Below are positions 7,566 to 16,000 of a stretch of DNA of 42,079 nt, in pieces. Both the position numbers and the translations under genes were made by a program. The notes beneath the pieces are model-generated. The model was not told where the DNA came from. It did no database searches and saw only the letters and a program-made list of their open reading frames with translations. Position 1 is the first letter of the stretch, and the number at the start of each line of letters is the position of its first letter. The stretch is from a virus (Duplodnaviria > Caudoviricetes), in the IMG/VR virus record IMGVR_UViG_3300004633_000006, positions 1 through 42,079 of that record. The stretch is one strand, 5' to 3'.

Positions 7566-8036
7566 TCACACCAATTCGAGAAGGATGGAACCGTCGCTAC
7601 CGAACACGGTCACATTGCCATGGTCATTGACGAATTTGCAGTCTTCTCCGAGGGCCTTGGCGCCGTCCGAGTCTTCGACGTGCGGCAATTCTTCGATCGA
7701 GTCATGTGATGGCCAGAACCCAAAATCCGCACCATCGCCTTCGTGTGTGCCGAAATAGCAGTAGGGCGGAGCGAAGTTTTGCAAAGCGTCGGAAAGCTCT
7801 TCGATTAGATCGGACGCGATGTCATCCGGATCAGAGAAGTTATCGTCCTCATCGCATAATTCACGTGCGTCCCGCACTATCTTGAGGTAGGCGTCACGTT
7901 CTTTGCGCCTGTCGTCCGAGCACCATTCTTCTGCGTTGTCCTGCACGCACCATTCGAGAGTGTCCGCGAAAGCGTCAAGCAAGTCATCGTCCCGCAGAGT
8001 GGCAGTCGAGACAGAACCTAGTGAAGCGTATTTCAT
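7566..8036 (-). CDS. highly acidic early protein (156 aa)
   Basis: GGAGGACACC RBS; about 40 Asp/Glu by hand count; YCYFGTHEGDGADFGFW. Confidence 0.8.
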   Translation of the reverse strand: MKYASLGSVSTATLRDDDLLDAFADTLEWCVQDNAEEWCSDDRRKERDAYLKIVRDARELCDEDDNFSDPDDIASDLIEELSDALQNFAPPYCYFGTHEGDGADFGFWPSHDSIEELPHVEDSDGAKALGEDCKFVNDHGNVTVFGSDGSILLELV

Positions 8037-8061
8037 GGTGTCCTCCGTTGTGGCGAGTGAT

Positions 8062-8250
8062 TTACCAAGCTTCCTTGCTGATGTAGACAAGGTGCGGCGT
8101 CGATACGTCGACCACGCATTTAGTCCACCCAGAACCCACGGCAGGCTGCCGTGTCGTAATTTCGAGTCGGCCGAAATGGGTTGAATCGTAGCCGTCAGGG
8201 GCATGAACGCGTTCCCAGCGAGTGACGATTCGGCGGCGCGTGCGTGTCAT
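8062..8250 (-). CDS. hypothetical early protein, first gene of the second leftward operon
   Basis: GGAGGACACC RBS just downstream of the promoter. Confidence 0.75.
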   Translation of the reverse strand: MTRTRRRIVTRWERVHAPDGYDSTHFGRLEITTRQPAVGSGWTKCVVDVSTPHLVYISKEAW

Positions 8251-8276
8251 CGGCGGTGTCCTCCATCTGAGGGAAA

Positions 8277-8320
8277 GAGATATCGCATACTATCGATCAC
8301 CAGTCAATAGGAGATATCGA
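8277..8320 (-). promoter_or_regulatory. leftward early promoter flanked by GATATC boxes
   Basis: TTGACT at 8307-8302; GATATC at 8279-8284 and 8313-8318. Confidence 0.65.
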
Positions 8321-8431
8321 CAAAGGCAAAATATTTCGCTAGGGCACTATCGGGACAATGGAGGACAGAAGATGTTGACTCGTCGCAAGGTGCTCTCGGG
8401 CCTGATCGCAGCGCCGGCGCCCAATTAAGGC

Positions 8432-8459
8432 ACAAATGCCCTAATATATTATGGAACAT
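8432..8459 (+). other. partial dif-like site (XerD-type arm TTATGGAACAT at 8449-8459, degenerate XerC side)
   Basis: TTATGGAACATTT (8449-8461) is a perfect 13-bp inverted repeat of 9082-9094. Confidence 0.55.
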
Positions 8460-8489
8460 TTTCGCAAAAGACATAATGTTCACCAACGA

Positions 8490-8502
8490 AATCAACACAC
8501 TA
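8490..8502 (+). promoter_or_regulatory. IHF-like site AATCAACACACTA
   Basis: One mismatch to WATCAANNNNTTR. Confidence 0.45.
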
Positions 8503-8702
8503 GCACCCCTCTTGACAGGTAACAAATTCCTACCCACAGACTCGCGCGCGGCTCACAAGCAGGCAGCAACCGTACCCTACAGCATCCCTAAGGCTGTCCT
8601 GCAGCTGTCCTGCACACCCCACAGCCGGTCACAGCCGCCCGGCTCTCAAGCCCTCGGTAGTGCCCAACCCACAACCCTACCGAGGGCGCCCATCTGGCCC
8701 AC

Positions 8703-8888
8703 ATGATCTGGCACCTGCACTGCTCCGAGGAACTCGCCCAACAACTCGGCATGATCCCAAGCCCACAGCTGCATCGCCCCCACTTCAGATTCCCCATCTA
8801 CGACGCGCCACCCGACAACAGTATCAGCGTTCCCAGCTGCGGCTACTACTGGCCAGTGGACGAAAGCCTCGCCAAGCGAGCAGTGTGA
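8703..8888 (+). CDS. hypothetical protein between the dif-like arms
   Basis: 61-aa ORF downstream of TTGACA at 8512-8517; weak RBS. Confidence 0.4.
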   Translation: MIWHLHCSEELAQQLGMIPSPQLHRPHFRFPIYDAPPDNSISVPSCGYYWPVDESLAKRAV

Positions 8889-9051
8889 TTTGCCCATCCG
8901 ATTGAGCTCCAGATGAGCGGCAAGAGAGCAGAGGTGATTTGCTCCCGCACGGTTCGCCAGCTCGAGCTTGGCCGCGATCGCTGCACACCGGTTGCTCTGC
9001 CGTGCTGATGACGTGTGCTTTTGGTGCAAGAACTGCGCTGCACGTGAAACC

Positions 9052-9064
9052 TAGCTCATTGATA
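9052..9064 (-). promoter_or_regulatory. IHF-like site TATCAATGAGCTA
   Basis: One mismatch to WATCAANNNNTTR, at the same position as in the 8490 site. Confidence 0.45.
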
Positions 9065-9083
9065 TCATTAGCTAATCAGACAA

Positions 9084-9111
9084 ATGTTCCATAAATAGGA
9101 TTATGCGAACG
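9084..9111 (-). other. dif-like XerC/XerD recombination site
   Basis: CGTTCGCATAA-TCCTAT-TTATGGAACAT: 11-6-11 architecture with GCATAA / TTATG inner ends as in chromosomal dif. Confidence 0.8.
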
Positions 9112-9374
9112 TGTGAGCAGGCGCAGCAATATGCTGTGATCTCAGGGGGTTAGGTGGCTGATGCCCTGGGACCGGGGCGCCGGTGGGTTTCCTGGGGCCG
9201 CGGCCAGTCGATGGGACTGAGCGGCGAGAAATGTCGAGACCCCATCCGTACCCCGCCCCAAGGATTTTCTGGGAATGTCCTTGCCTGGGGCTGTACAGGG
9301 GGCAGTTTTTGGTGATATGTGACGTTGCTCTCGTAAGTATCAGCGGAATTGATGGATCGGCTCGGGAAATTGAC

Positions 9375-9620
9375 GTGACTGATGAGTCGAAGAACCCGCC
9401 GTTCATCAAGGCGCAGATGGCAGGACGTCGGATCGGGTATTTGCGGGTGACGCATTTCAATCGAACGGATCATGCGGGCTTGGTTTTGTGGCTGTGCCGG
9501 TGTGATTGTGGTGCGCATGTTTGGAAGTCGGGTGACAATCTGCGGCGTGGTTTGGTGAAGTCGTGCGGCTACGGGCATCGGTACAACTGGCGACGACACA
9601 GGGAATGGAGGGCGAGATGA
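9375..9620 (+). CDS. zinc-binding domain of the type found N-terminal to HNH/AP2 endonucleases (stand-alone or truncated)
   Basis: WLCRCDCG...NLRRG..KSCG; no nuclease domain follows; GTG start inferred. Confidence 0.65.
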   Translation: MTDESKNPPFIKAQMAGRRIGYLRVTHFNRTDHAGLVLWLCRCDCGAHVWKSGDNLRRGLVKSCGYGHRYNWRRHREWRAR

Positions 9621-9751
9621 CCAGTGAAGTTCTTGGTTGGATGCAGCATGTGGGCATGTCGCTCATCATTCTCGGGCTGCTTATGCTTGCGCTTGGAATC
9701 GGTCTCTGCATGACCGAGACGGCCATCTGGATGGCGCAAAATCCACGATGA
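9617..9751 (+). CDS. small single-TM membrane protein
   Basis: GGAGG RBS, ATGA overlap, hydrophobic stretch. Confidence 0.6.
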   Translation: MTSEVLGWMQHVGMSLIILGLLMLALGIGLCMTETAIWMAQNPR

Positions 9752-9760
9752 CAAATCTGC

Positions 9761-11680
9761 ATGGCGCCACCTCGCAAAGTTAACCCGCATCACCGTGATC
9801 CGCGGCTGCCCGACGTCAGCCTGGCGAGCAATCAGAAATGGCTGCCGCTGTTTCTCGAGTTCACTACCTACATGTCGATCAGCTCCAAGGAGCTGGAGGG
9901 GCACCAGAGGCAACCGCTGTCGCAGATATTGTATCGGTCGCAGAAGGTTTTCCTCGAGGAAATCTGCGAGGGGCTCGACCGCGGCATTCATGACTTCAAG
10001 TGCCTCAAAGCACGCCAGCTCGGCATGTCGACGGTCAGCCTGGCGATCGATGTGTTCTGGCTCACCGTGCACGAGAAGCTGCAAGGCGCTCTGGTGACCG
10101 ACACCGAGCCCAACAGGGAGAAGTTTCGTGTCCTCATCGAGCAATACATCGAGTCGCTCCCACATGGTCTACGCGTGGGAATCCGCCGTCATAACCGAAA
10201 CATGCTTGAACTCAATAATGGGAGTTGCCTCGATTACCTGGTTGCGGGAACGAAACGCGGCAACACCACGCTCGGCCAGTCCCGAGCAATCAATTTTCTC
10301 CATGCTACCGAGATCGGAAGCTGGGCCTCCCACGAAGGAATAGCGTCGCTCACCGCGTCGCTGGCGCAGAAGCATCCGGATCGGCTGTACATCTGGGAGT
10401 CGACGGCGCATGGGTACAACGACTGGCATGACATGTACCAGGAAGCGCGCGAGGACGCGCTGACGCAGAAAGCGTTCTTCATCGGGTGGCATCAGAAGGA
10501 GGATTACTCGTTCCAGCTCGGCACGCAGGAGTACGACAAGTACTGGGATGGGCAGATGGACGACGAGGAAATCCGTCTGTGCACCGAGGTGAAGCAGCGG
10601 TACGGGGTGGAGATCACGACGGGCCAGATTGCCTGGCATCGCTGGTACCGGACGGCGAAATTGCCCAATGCCGACCTGATGAACCAGAACTATCCGTGGA
10701 CCGAGGATCAGGCTTTCATCCTCTCGGGCACGAGCTTCTTTCCCCTGCGGCGGCTGGCCGACAACATCAAGTACGTCAAGGAGGCGAAGACTGCGTTCAA
10801 GGGCTATCGCTACCACATGGGCGAGAATTTCCTCGCGACCGAGATCGAGCAGGTGACGCGGCCGAACGAGGCTGAGCTCCGCATCTGGGAAGAGCCCAGC
10901 GTGCATGGGGTCTATGCCATGGGGGTCGACCCGGCCTATGGGCGCGGCGAGGACGAGAAGGACAATCACGCGATCGAGGTGATCCGCTGCTATTCCGACA
11001 AGGTGGTGCAGGTTGCCGAATATGCGACGTCGAACCCGGAGACGCGGCAGCTCGCGTGGGTGATGGCGCACCTGGCCGGCGCCTACAAGAACTGCATCAT
11101 CAATGCCGAGATCCAGGGCCCGGGCATGGCCCTGATGAACGAGCTGAAGCACCTCAAGCAATTGCTCGAGTTCGGGCAGCTCAGGGCGGTGGCGAAGAAT
11201 CTCGGGATGCAGGAGATTTTCGATTGCGTGCGCTGGTATCTCTACCATCGGCCCGACTCGATGGCGGGAAATTACATGTACAACTTCGTCACCACCAACA
11301 ACACGAAGTTGACCATGCTCAACGAGTTGCGCGACAACTACTCGCTCAACATCATGGAGCTGAGGTCGATCCACCTGCTGCGCGAGATGGAGAAGGTGGT
11401 GCAGGACGGGAACAACATAGCGGCGTCGGGCCGGCACAAGGACGATCGCACCTTCGCCATGGGGTTGGCCAACAAGGCCTACATCGATCGGATTCGGGTG
11501 AGCCTGATCGCCAGCGGAATGACGTTCGCGGTGGCGCAGGAGCACGAGCGCGCACAGGCGGCGTCGCCGCAGGCCACCATGATGGCGCACGTTGTCGGGG
11601 ATTTCTTTCGCGGCAAGCAACTGCAAAAGGCGGATGAAGCCTTTCGACTGGCCTGGAGAGAAGGAGGAGTCATCACATGA
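9761..11680 (+). CDS. terL: terminase large subunit
   Basis: LKARQLGMST Walker A, FLHATE Walker B, ESTA coupling motif, GVDPA and HKDDR nuclease acidic residues. Confidence 0.95.
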   Translation: MAPPRKVNPHHRDPRLPDVSLASNQKWLPLFLEFTTYMSISSKELEGHQRQPLSQILYRSQKVFLEEICEGLDRGIHDFKCLKARQLGMSTVSLAIDVFWLTVHEKLQGALVTDTEPNREKFRVLIEQYIESLPHGLRVGIRRHNRNMLELNNGSCLDYLVAGTKRGNTTLGQSRAINFLHATEIGSWASHEGIASLTASLAQKHPDRLYIWESTAHGYNDWHDMYQEAREDALTQKAFFIGWHQKEDYSFQLGTQEYDKYWDGQMDDEEIRLCTEVKQRYGVEITTGQIAWHRWYRTAKLPNADLMNQNYPWTEDQAFILSGTSFFPLRRLADNIKYVKEAKTAFKGYRYHMGENFLATEIEQVTRPNEAELRIWEEPSVHGVYAMGVDPAYGRGEDEKDNHAIEVIRCYSDKVVQVAEYATSNPETRQLAWVMAHLAGAYKNCIINAEIQGPGMALMNELKHLKQLLEFGQLRAVAKNLGMQEIFDCVRWYLYHRPDSMAGNYMYNFVTTNNTKLTMLNELRDNYSLNIMELRSIHLLREMEKVVQDGNNIAASGRHKDDRTFAMGLANKAYIDRIRVSLIASGMTFAVAQEHERAQAASPQATMMAHVVGDFFRGKQLQKADEAFRLAWREGGVIT

Positions 11681-11901
11681 CGGGCGAGATCTACGAGGCT
11701 TCATCCATGGAGACCGACCGCTTCGGTCCTGCCGAGGGCCGTGAGCTGATAGTCTGCGATCGCGCGCAACAGGTGATCGACCGGGCACTGCGCGAGGGCT
11801 GGATCATTCTCAATGGTCCATCGGCCAGACTGTACCTCGAGCAGGCGATCCGCGACGTTCTGGTGCAAGAGGTGCGTGCCGGCGGACCATGGAAACTGTG
11901 A
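11677..11901 (+). CDS. hypothetical protein
   Basis: GGAGGAG RBS, ATGA overlap. Confidence 0.7.
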   Translation: MTGEIYEASSMETDRFGPAEGRELIVCDRAQQVIDRALREGWIILNGPSARLYLEQAIRDVLVQEVRAGGPWKL

Positions 11902-11905
11902 AGCC

Positions 11906-12436
11906 ATGATCCGTCGCACCTACGAATGCCTGGAGTGCCGGCAGGAATTCGAGGTCACCTGTGAGAGCAGCGATCCCGATCCCGACTGCCCGCGGTGCGC
12001 CAAGGTGCTCGAGTGGCGGCCCGGCATGTTCGCGATCACCGGCACCAAGTCCAAGGCCATGGATGTGACGCAGCAGATCCTCGAGCAGGACTTCGGCATG
12101 TCCAATTTCCGCGACAACCAGCGGGAAGGGGACATCGCGGCGATCGTGCCGGAGAAGACCGCAACCGCGCGCAATGCCGAGATCCAGCAGCTATCCGAGG
12201 CTGCGCAGGCGATGGGCACGCCCATGAGTGACGAGCAGAAGAACATGGCGACCCAGTTCTGGGGTGGCGGCAATCCCAGTGGCACGGGCGCCGAGGTGCT
12301 TCAGCACGGTGTGAATCTGGCTAAGCAATCCATGGCGGAGGTCAACGCCGCAGGCCTCAACCCCATGAAGCTGTTGCACGACGCCGGGAAGGCGGGCCGG
12401 ATGCCGATGAAGATCAACGTGGTGGCGCGGGCCTAG
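11906..12436 (+). CDS. FmdB-like zinc-ribbon protein
   Basis: YECLECRQEFE...CPRC. Confidence 0.75.
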   Translation: MIRRTYECLECRQEFEVTCESSDPDPDCPRCAKVLEWRPGMFAITGTKSKAMDVTQQILEQDFGMSNFRDNQREGDIAAIVPEKTATARNAEIQQLSEAAQAMGTPMSDEQKNMATQFWGGGNPSGTGAEVLQHGVNLAKQSMAEVNAAGLNPMKLLHDAGKAGRMPMKINVVARA

Positions 12437-13455
12437 CCCGATCGGCCGTTGACCATGATCGCGGCCACGCCGTTGCCGCCCTCCTTCCACAGCAGAGGTT
12501 CGAAGTCGTCCAGGTATTCGCGGATTTTCTGTGCCGGCAGAAACGTGACGTGCTTCGGTGAGTAGGCATTCCAGTTGTTTACCACATGCCGGACCAGCGG
12601 CAGCTCCGCGTTATAGAATAATTTCATGATGTGGTAGTAGAAAAACCGCTGTAGATTGTAGCGTCCCGCCTTGATCCCGAGACAGTCGATATCGTGCGGG
12701 ATGACCAGCGGTTCCTCGATCTGGCCGAGCGCGATCCCGAGCATGGTGAGCGCCTTGGTAGCTTCAAATCCGGCCTCCGGCGGCATGTTGGAGATTACCG
12801 ATCGCAGGTAATCGTCGGTGAGCTTCCGGATCGGCTTCTGTTCCGTGTAAACCCAGGTGATGAACAGACCTTCCTTCTTCAGGACGCGCCGGCATTCCTG
12901 AATCGTCACGTGCATGTCGAGCGAGTAGTGCAGGACGCCGGGGCAGAACACGACGTCAAACGATGCATCGGCGAACGGCATCGCTTCGGCCTCGCACTGC
13001 ACCAGCCCGACGGGCAGGTCGTGCCGCTCGAAATCGTCGCGCGCCTGGTCGATCGCTCCCGACATGTCGAGACCGATGTAGGTCAGGGAAGAAAAATTGC
13101 TGTGGAAAAATGCCCGTCCCGCCACGCCGGACCCGCAGCCGACATCGAGCACCCGGGAACTGTCGGGGATCTCTGGCCGGTCCTCGATCGGGAACATGTC
13201 GGCGAACACCTCGCGCTGGAACCGATCGCTCGCCTCTCCGTCGTAGGCGCCCGGCGTTTTCCAGTGCCGGTCATAGAAGCTCGAGGTGTCTGACAGGCGC
13301 CGGTCGACCAGGCCCCAAGCGCGCAAGATCCCGCCGTGCATGGAGTAATTGCGGCCGCGCAGACGCAGAGGAGATCCCGGCGGGGGCAGCGAGAATCCGA
13401 GAATTTCCTCAAGCGGGTGAGGTGTTTGCTTGGTTTCCTTCAGCAACAGGGTCAT
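12433..13455 (-). CDS. class I SAM-dependent methyltransferase (small-molecule/sugar type), moron-like
   Basis: VLDVGCGSG, GLDMS, MPFADASFDVVFCPGVLH, RVLKKEG; AAGGAAG RBS before ATG 13455. Confidence 0.85.
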   Translation of the reverse strand: MTLLLKETKQTPHPLEEILGFSLPPPGSPLRLRGRNYSMHGGILRAWGLVDRRLSDTSSFYDRHWKTPGAYDGEASDRFQREVFADMFPIEDRPEIPDSSRVLDVGCGSGVAGRAFFHSNFSSLTYIGLDMSGAIDQARDDFERHDLPVGLVQCEAEAMPFADASFDVVFCPGVLHYSLDMHVTIQECRRVLKKEGLFITWVYTEQKPIRKLTDDYLRSVISNMPPEAGFEATKALTMLGIALGQIEEPLVIPHDIDCLGIKAGRYNLQRFFYYHIMKLFYNAELPLVRHVVNNWNAYSPKHVTFLPAQKIREYLDDFEPLLWKEGGNGVAAIMVNGRSG

Positions 13456-13503
13456 GGACGATCTTCCTTTTGATCTATCGGTGGAACGGGTGTACACAGT
13501 CCA

Positions 13504-13533
13504 TTGACGCAACACGGGTTGCGCGATCGTAAT
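13504..13533 (+). promoter_or_regulatory. putative promoter for the portal
   Basis: TTGACG-18 nt-CGTAAT in the gap between divergent genes. Confidence 0.4.
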
Positions 13534-13547
13534 GCCAGAGGGCAATC

Positions 13548-15200
13548 ATGCGACTGCCGCGCCGTAACATCGGCCCGTGGGCCAAGGATCTGATCGACGA
13601 ATGCAAGGCCAGCGTCGAAGCGCGCCGGGATCTCAACCGCCTGTGGGTCATGTACTACTATGGCGGCACCAACGACGGGTCTTCCGCCGTCTACAATCGC
13701 ACCTTCTCCCATATCGATCGCCTCGCCTCGTTCCTCTTTTCCCCGACTGACGCGCGCTTTTCTCTTGAGGGTGATCCGGCCGAAGATCCCAAGTCGCTCG
13801 ATATCCTCGACGCCGCCGGCCGTCACCTTAATCGGGAATTCCACCGTTGCAATTGCGATCTCACTTTTGCCGCCGCCGTCAACTGGGGATTGGTCAAGGG
13901 GTGCGCGCTGGTCAAGCAATTGTGGGGCCACGAGGGGCTCGAACCGTGGCTGGTGCAGCCGGAAATGTTCGCCGTGCTGCGCGAGGACATCAGCGATCTC
14001 GACCGGCAGGACGCCTTTGTCGAGACCACCTATATGACGCGAGCGGCGTTCTCGCGCACCATCGCCGAGCACCCGAATCGGCGCGAGTTGATGCGCTCGG
14101 TCGCGCAGACCTTGAAAGCGAAGGAAGACGACGATCCGACCGCGGACAACTACCTGATGCAGATCGTGGTCGGCGGCACCGCGCCGGTGTCAACCACGCA
14201 ATCGGCCGGCAACGCCATGGTCAACTTCTCCAGCGTGCCGCGGCCCATGCTGGCGCCCGAGGTGGCGAGCCGACTGGTGCGCCTCGAAGAACTGTGGGTG
14301 GTCGACGACGAGCGGCAGGATTACACGACGATTCGCATGGTCGAGGACGTGGTGATCGAGGGCGCCGAGCGTCGCCGCAACCTGTCGGGGGTCAAGGGCG
14401 AGCAACCCTATACCAAGGTGTGCCCGAACGAGGTGGATGGCTATTTCTGGGGCCTGTCCGAGATCGCAGCGGTGTACAAGCTTCAGGAATTGTTGAATTC
14501 CCAGATGAAAAGATTGCAGGAAGTCACTGCACTGAAAGCCGATCCTCCGCGAGCCTTCATCGGCTTTACCGGCATGACCCAGGAGAAGTACAATGCGCTG
14601 CGTGTGCCCGGATCTATGATTTCTGAAACAGATCCAAACGGTAAGATCGAAACGTTGTCACCTGAGGTACCGCCGGAACTTCTCATCGAGAGGATCAACT
14701 CGACGATACAATACTTTGACGATGTTGCAGGATTCACCCCGATCATGATGGGAATGGGCGATCAGGGCGTGCGCAGTCAGGCGCAAGCGCAAACTCTCGC
14801 CCGTAACTCATCGCCGCGCATGAGAGATCGGGCGTTGCTGGTCGAGCGCCAGGCGGTGGAATACGGCGAGTACAGCCTGAAGCTGCTCGCGGCCAAGGAT
14901 GCGGAAGTGCGCATGACCGAGGGCAAGCAGGAGTTCGTCCTGTCGCAGTTGCCGGAGAACTACCGCACCGCAATAGACAGCCATTCGTCATCGCCGGCAT
15001 TCCAGGAGGACAACCGCAATCTGGCGGTGGGCCTGAAGAAGCTCGGCGTGATCGACGACGAGGACACGATCGCCATGGTGCATCCGCCGCACGAGGATCA
15101 CCTGATAATGAAGGCGCGGGCCAAGGCGAAGGCGCAAGCCGAGCTGATCGCGAAGCACCCTGAGCTGCTGCAAAAGGGCGGCAAGAAGAAACCTGCTTGA
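13548..15200 (+). CDS. portal protein
   Basis: 550 aa, helical; YFWGLSEI...LQELLN clip/stem pattern; between TerL and scaffold/capsid. Confidence 0.85.
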   Translation: MRLPRRNIGPWAKDLIDECKASVEARRDLNRLWVMYYYGGTNDGSSAVYNRTFSHIDRLASFLFSPTDARFSLEGDPAEDPKSLDILDAAGRHLNREFHRCNCDLTFAAAVNWGLVKGCALVKQLWGHEGLEPWLVQPEMFAVLREDISDLDRQDAFVETTYMTRAAFSRTIAEHPNRRELMRSVAQTLKAKEDDDPTADNYLMQIVVGGTAPVSTTQSAGNAMVNFSSVPRPMLAPEVASRLVRLEELWVVDDERQDYTTIRMVEDVVIEGAERRRNLSGVKGEQPYTKVCPNEVDGYFWGLSEIAAVYKLQELLNSQMKRLQEVTALKADPPRAFIGFTGMTQEKYNALRVPGSMISETDPNGKIETLSPEVPPELLIERINSTIQYFDDVAGFTPIMMGMGDQGVRSQAQAQTLARNSSPRMRDRALLVERQAVEYGEYSLKLLAAKDAEVRMTEGKQEFVLSQLPENYRTAIDSHSSSPAFQEDNRNLAVGLKKLGVIDDEDTIAMVHPPHEDHLIMKARAKAKAQAELIAKHPELLQKGGKKKPA

Positions 15201-15226
15201 CTTTCAACTATATGTACGTCTACGTT
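15197..15226 (+). promoter_or_regulatory. putative promoter for the head genes
   Basis: TTGACT-18 nt-TACGTT followed by two hairpins. Confidence 0.4.
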
Positions 15227-15315
15227 CGCGCGATGCGTCAACCCTTGGGGGGTTGAGGCGCTCTAGTGCCGCGGTAAACTCGATCCCAGCGGCGCACAAA
15301 CCAGGAGAGAACGAG

Positions 15316-15357
15316 ATGGCGCGACGTCGGAAGCACAAGCGGGGTCGTCGGAAGTAA
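15316..15357 (+). CDS. 13-aa protamine-like peptide MARRRKHKRGRRK
   Basis: AGGAG RBS, ATG...TAA in an otherwise empty gap. Confidence 0.55.
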   Translation: MARRRKHKRGRRK

Positions 15358-15384
15358 CCCGCTTCATCCGGCGCGGGAGACCCC

Positions 15385-15768
15385 GTGCCTGATTCTGCTG
15401 CACCTTCATTGACCGGGCAGCCTCCCATGGGGGCGAGCCCGGTCGGTGTTCCGACCGGCTCACCGGGCACGAGCGCCAATGCGCTGGCCCAGGTGCGCGA
15501 GGCGCTGAAGCTTCTCACTTCGGTACTGCCGAACCTGCCGCCCGGGTCCGACCCGTACAAGGCGGTGTACGACGCGATCGGCAAGATTTCCAAGCACGTC
15601 TCGCCCTCGGACGAGGTGCCGGGCGTGCAGCAGACCGCATTGCGCAATCTGCAACGAACTGCCCAGCAAGATTCCATGATGCAATCGGTCATGCGTTCCA
15701 TGGGTGGCGCAGGCGGCGCAGGCGCGTCACCGCCCCCTCCAGCCGGCGGCGCGCCTGCTGCCAATTGA
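15385..15768 (+). CDS. head-module hypothetical protein (Pro/Gly-rich termini)
   Basis: GGGAG RBS and GTG; position. Confidence 0.7.
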   Translation: MPDSAAPSLTGQPPMGASPVGVPTGSPGTSANALAQVREALKLLTSVLPNLPPGSDPYKAVYDAIGKISKHVSPSDEVPGVQQTALRNLQRTAQQDSMMQSVMRSMGGAGGAGASPPPPAGGAPAAN

Positions 15769-15781
15769 AGGAGACAAGACA

Positions 15782-15997
15782 ATGGCTCGTTGGCCCAATC
15801 CTACCTACAACCGGATCATCGAAACCGATCCGCAGATCGTCAAGGTGCCCGGCGCTTCGTCGGAAGTCGTCGGCGGTATGGGCTGGGGCGCCCGCACCTC
15901 GCTGTTTGGGTTTCTCGCCGGCGATCCCAAATCGCAAAACCCCTCCAAGCCGTCCGCCCCCGAGATCTCGATCTCTCACGTATCGTCGAAGGGCTAA
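15782..15997 (+). CDS. head-module small protein
   Basis: AAGGAG RBS before ATG 15782. Confidence 0.7.
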   Translation: MARWPNPTYNRIIETDPQIVKVPGASSEVVGGMGWGARTSLFGFLAGDPKSQNPSKPSAPEISISHVSSKG

Positions 15998-16000
15998 GCA

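Noticed and set aside
10294-10314. TerL Walker B lacking the Asp (FLHATE) as a sign of inactivation
   Set aside because: LHx(S/T)E is a common variant in terminases of the KARQLG type
10169-11788. 539-aa antisense ORF and similar long ORFs opposite the portal and ejection genes
   Set aside because: Typical high-GC shadow frames of well-supported genes; no motifs
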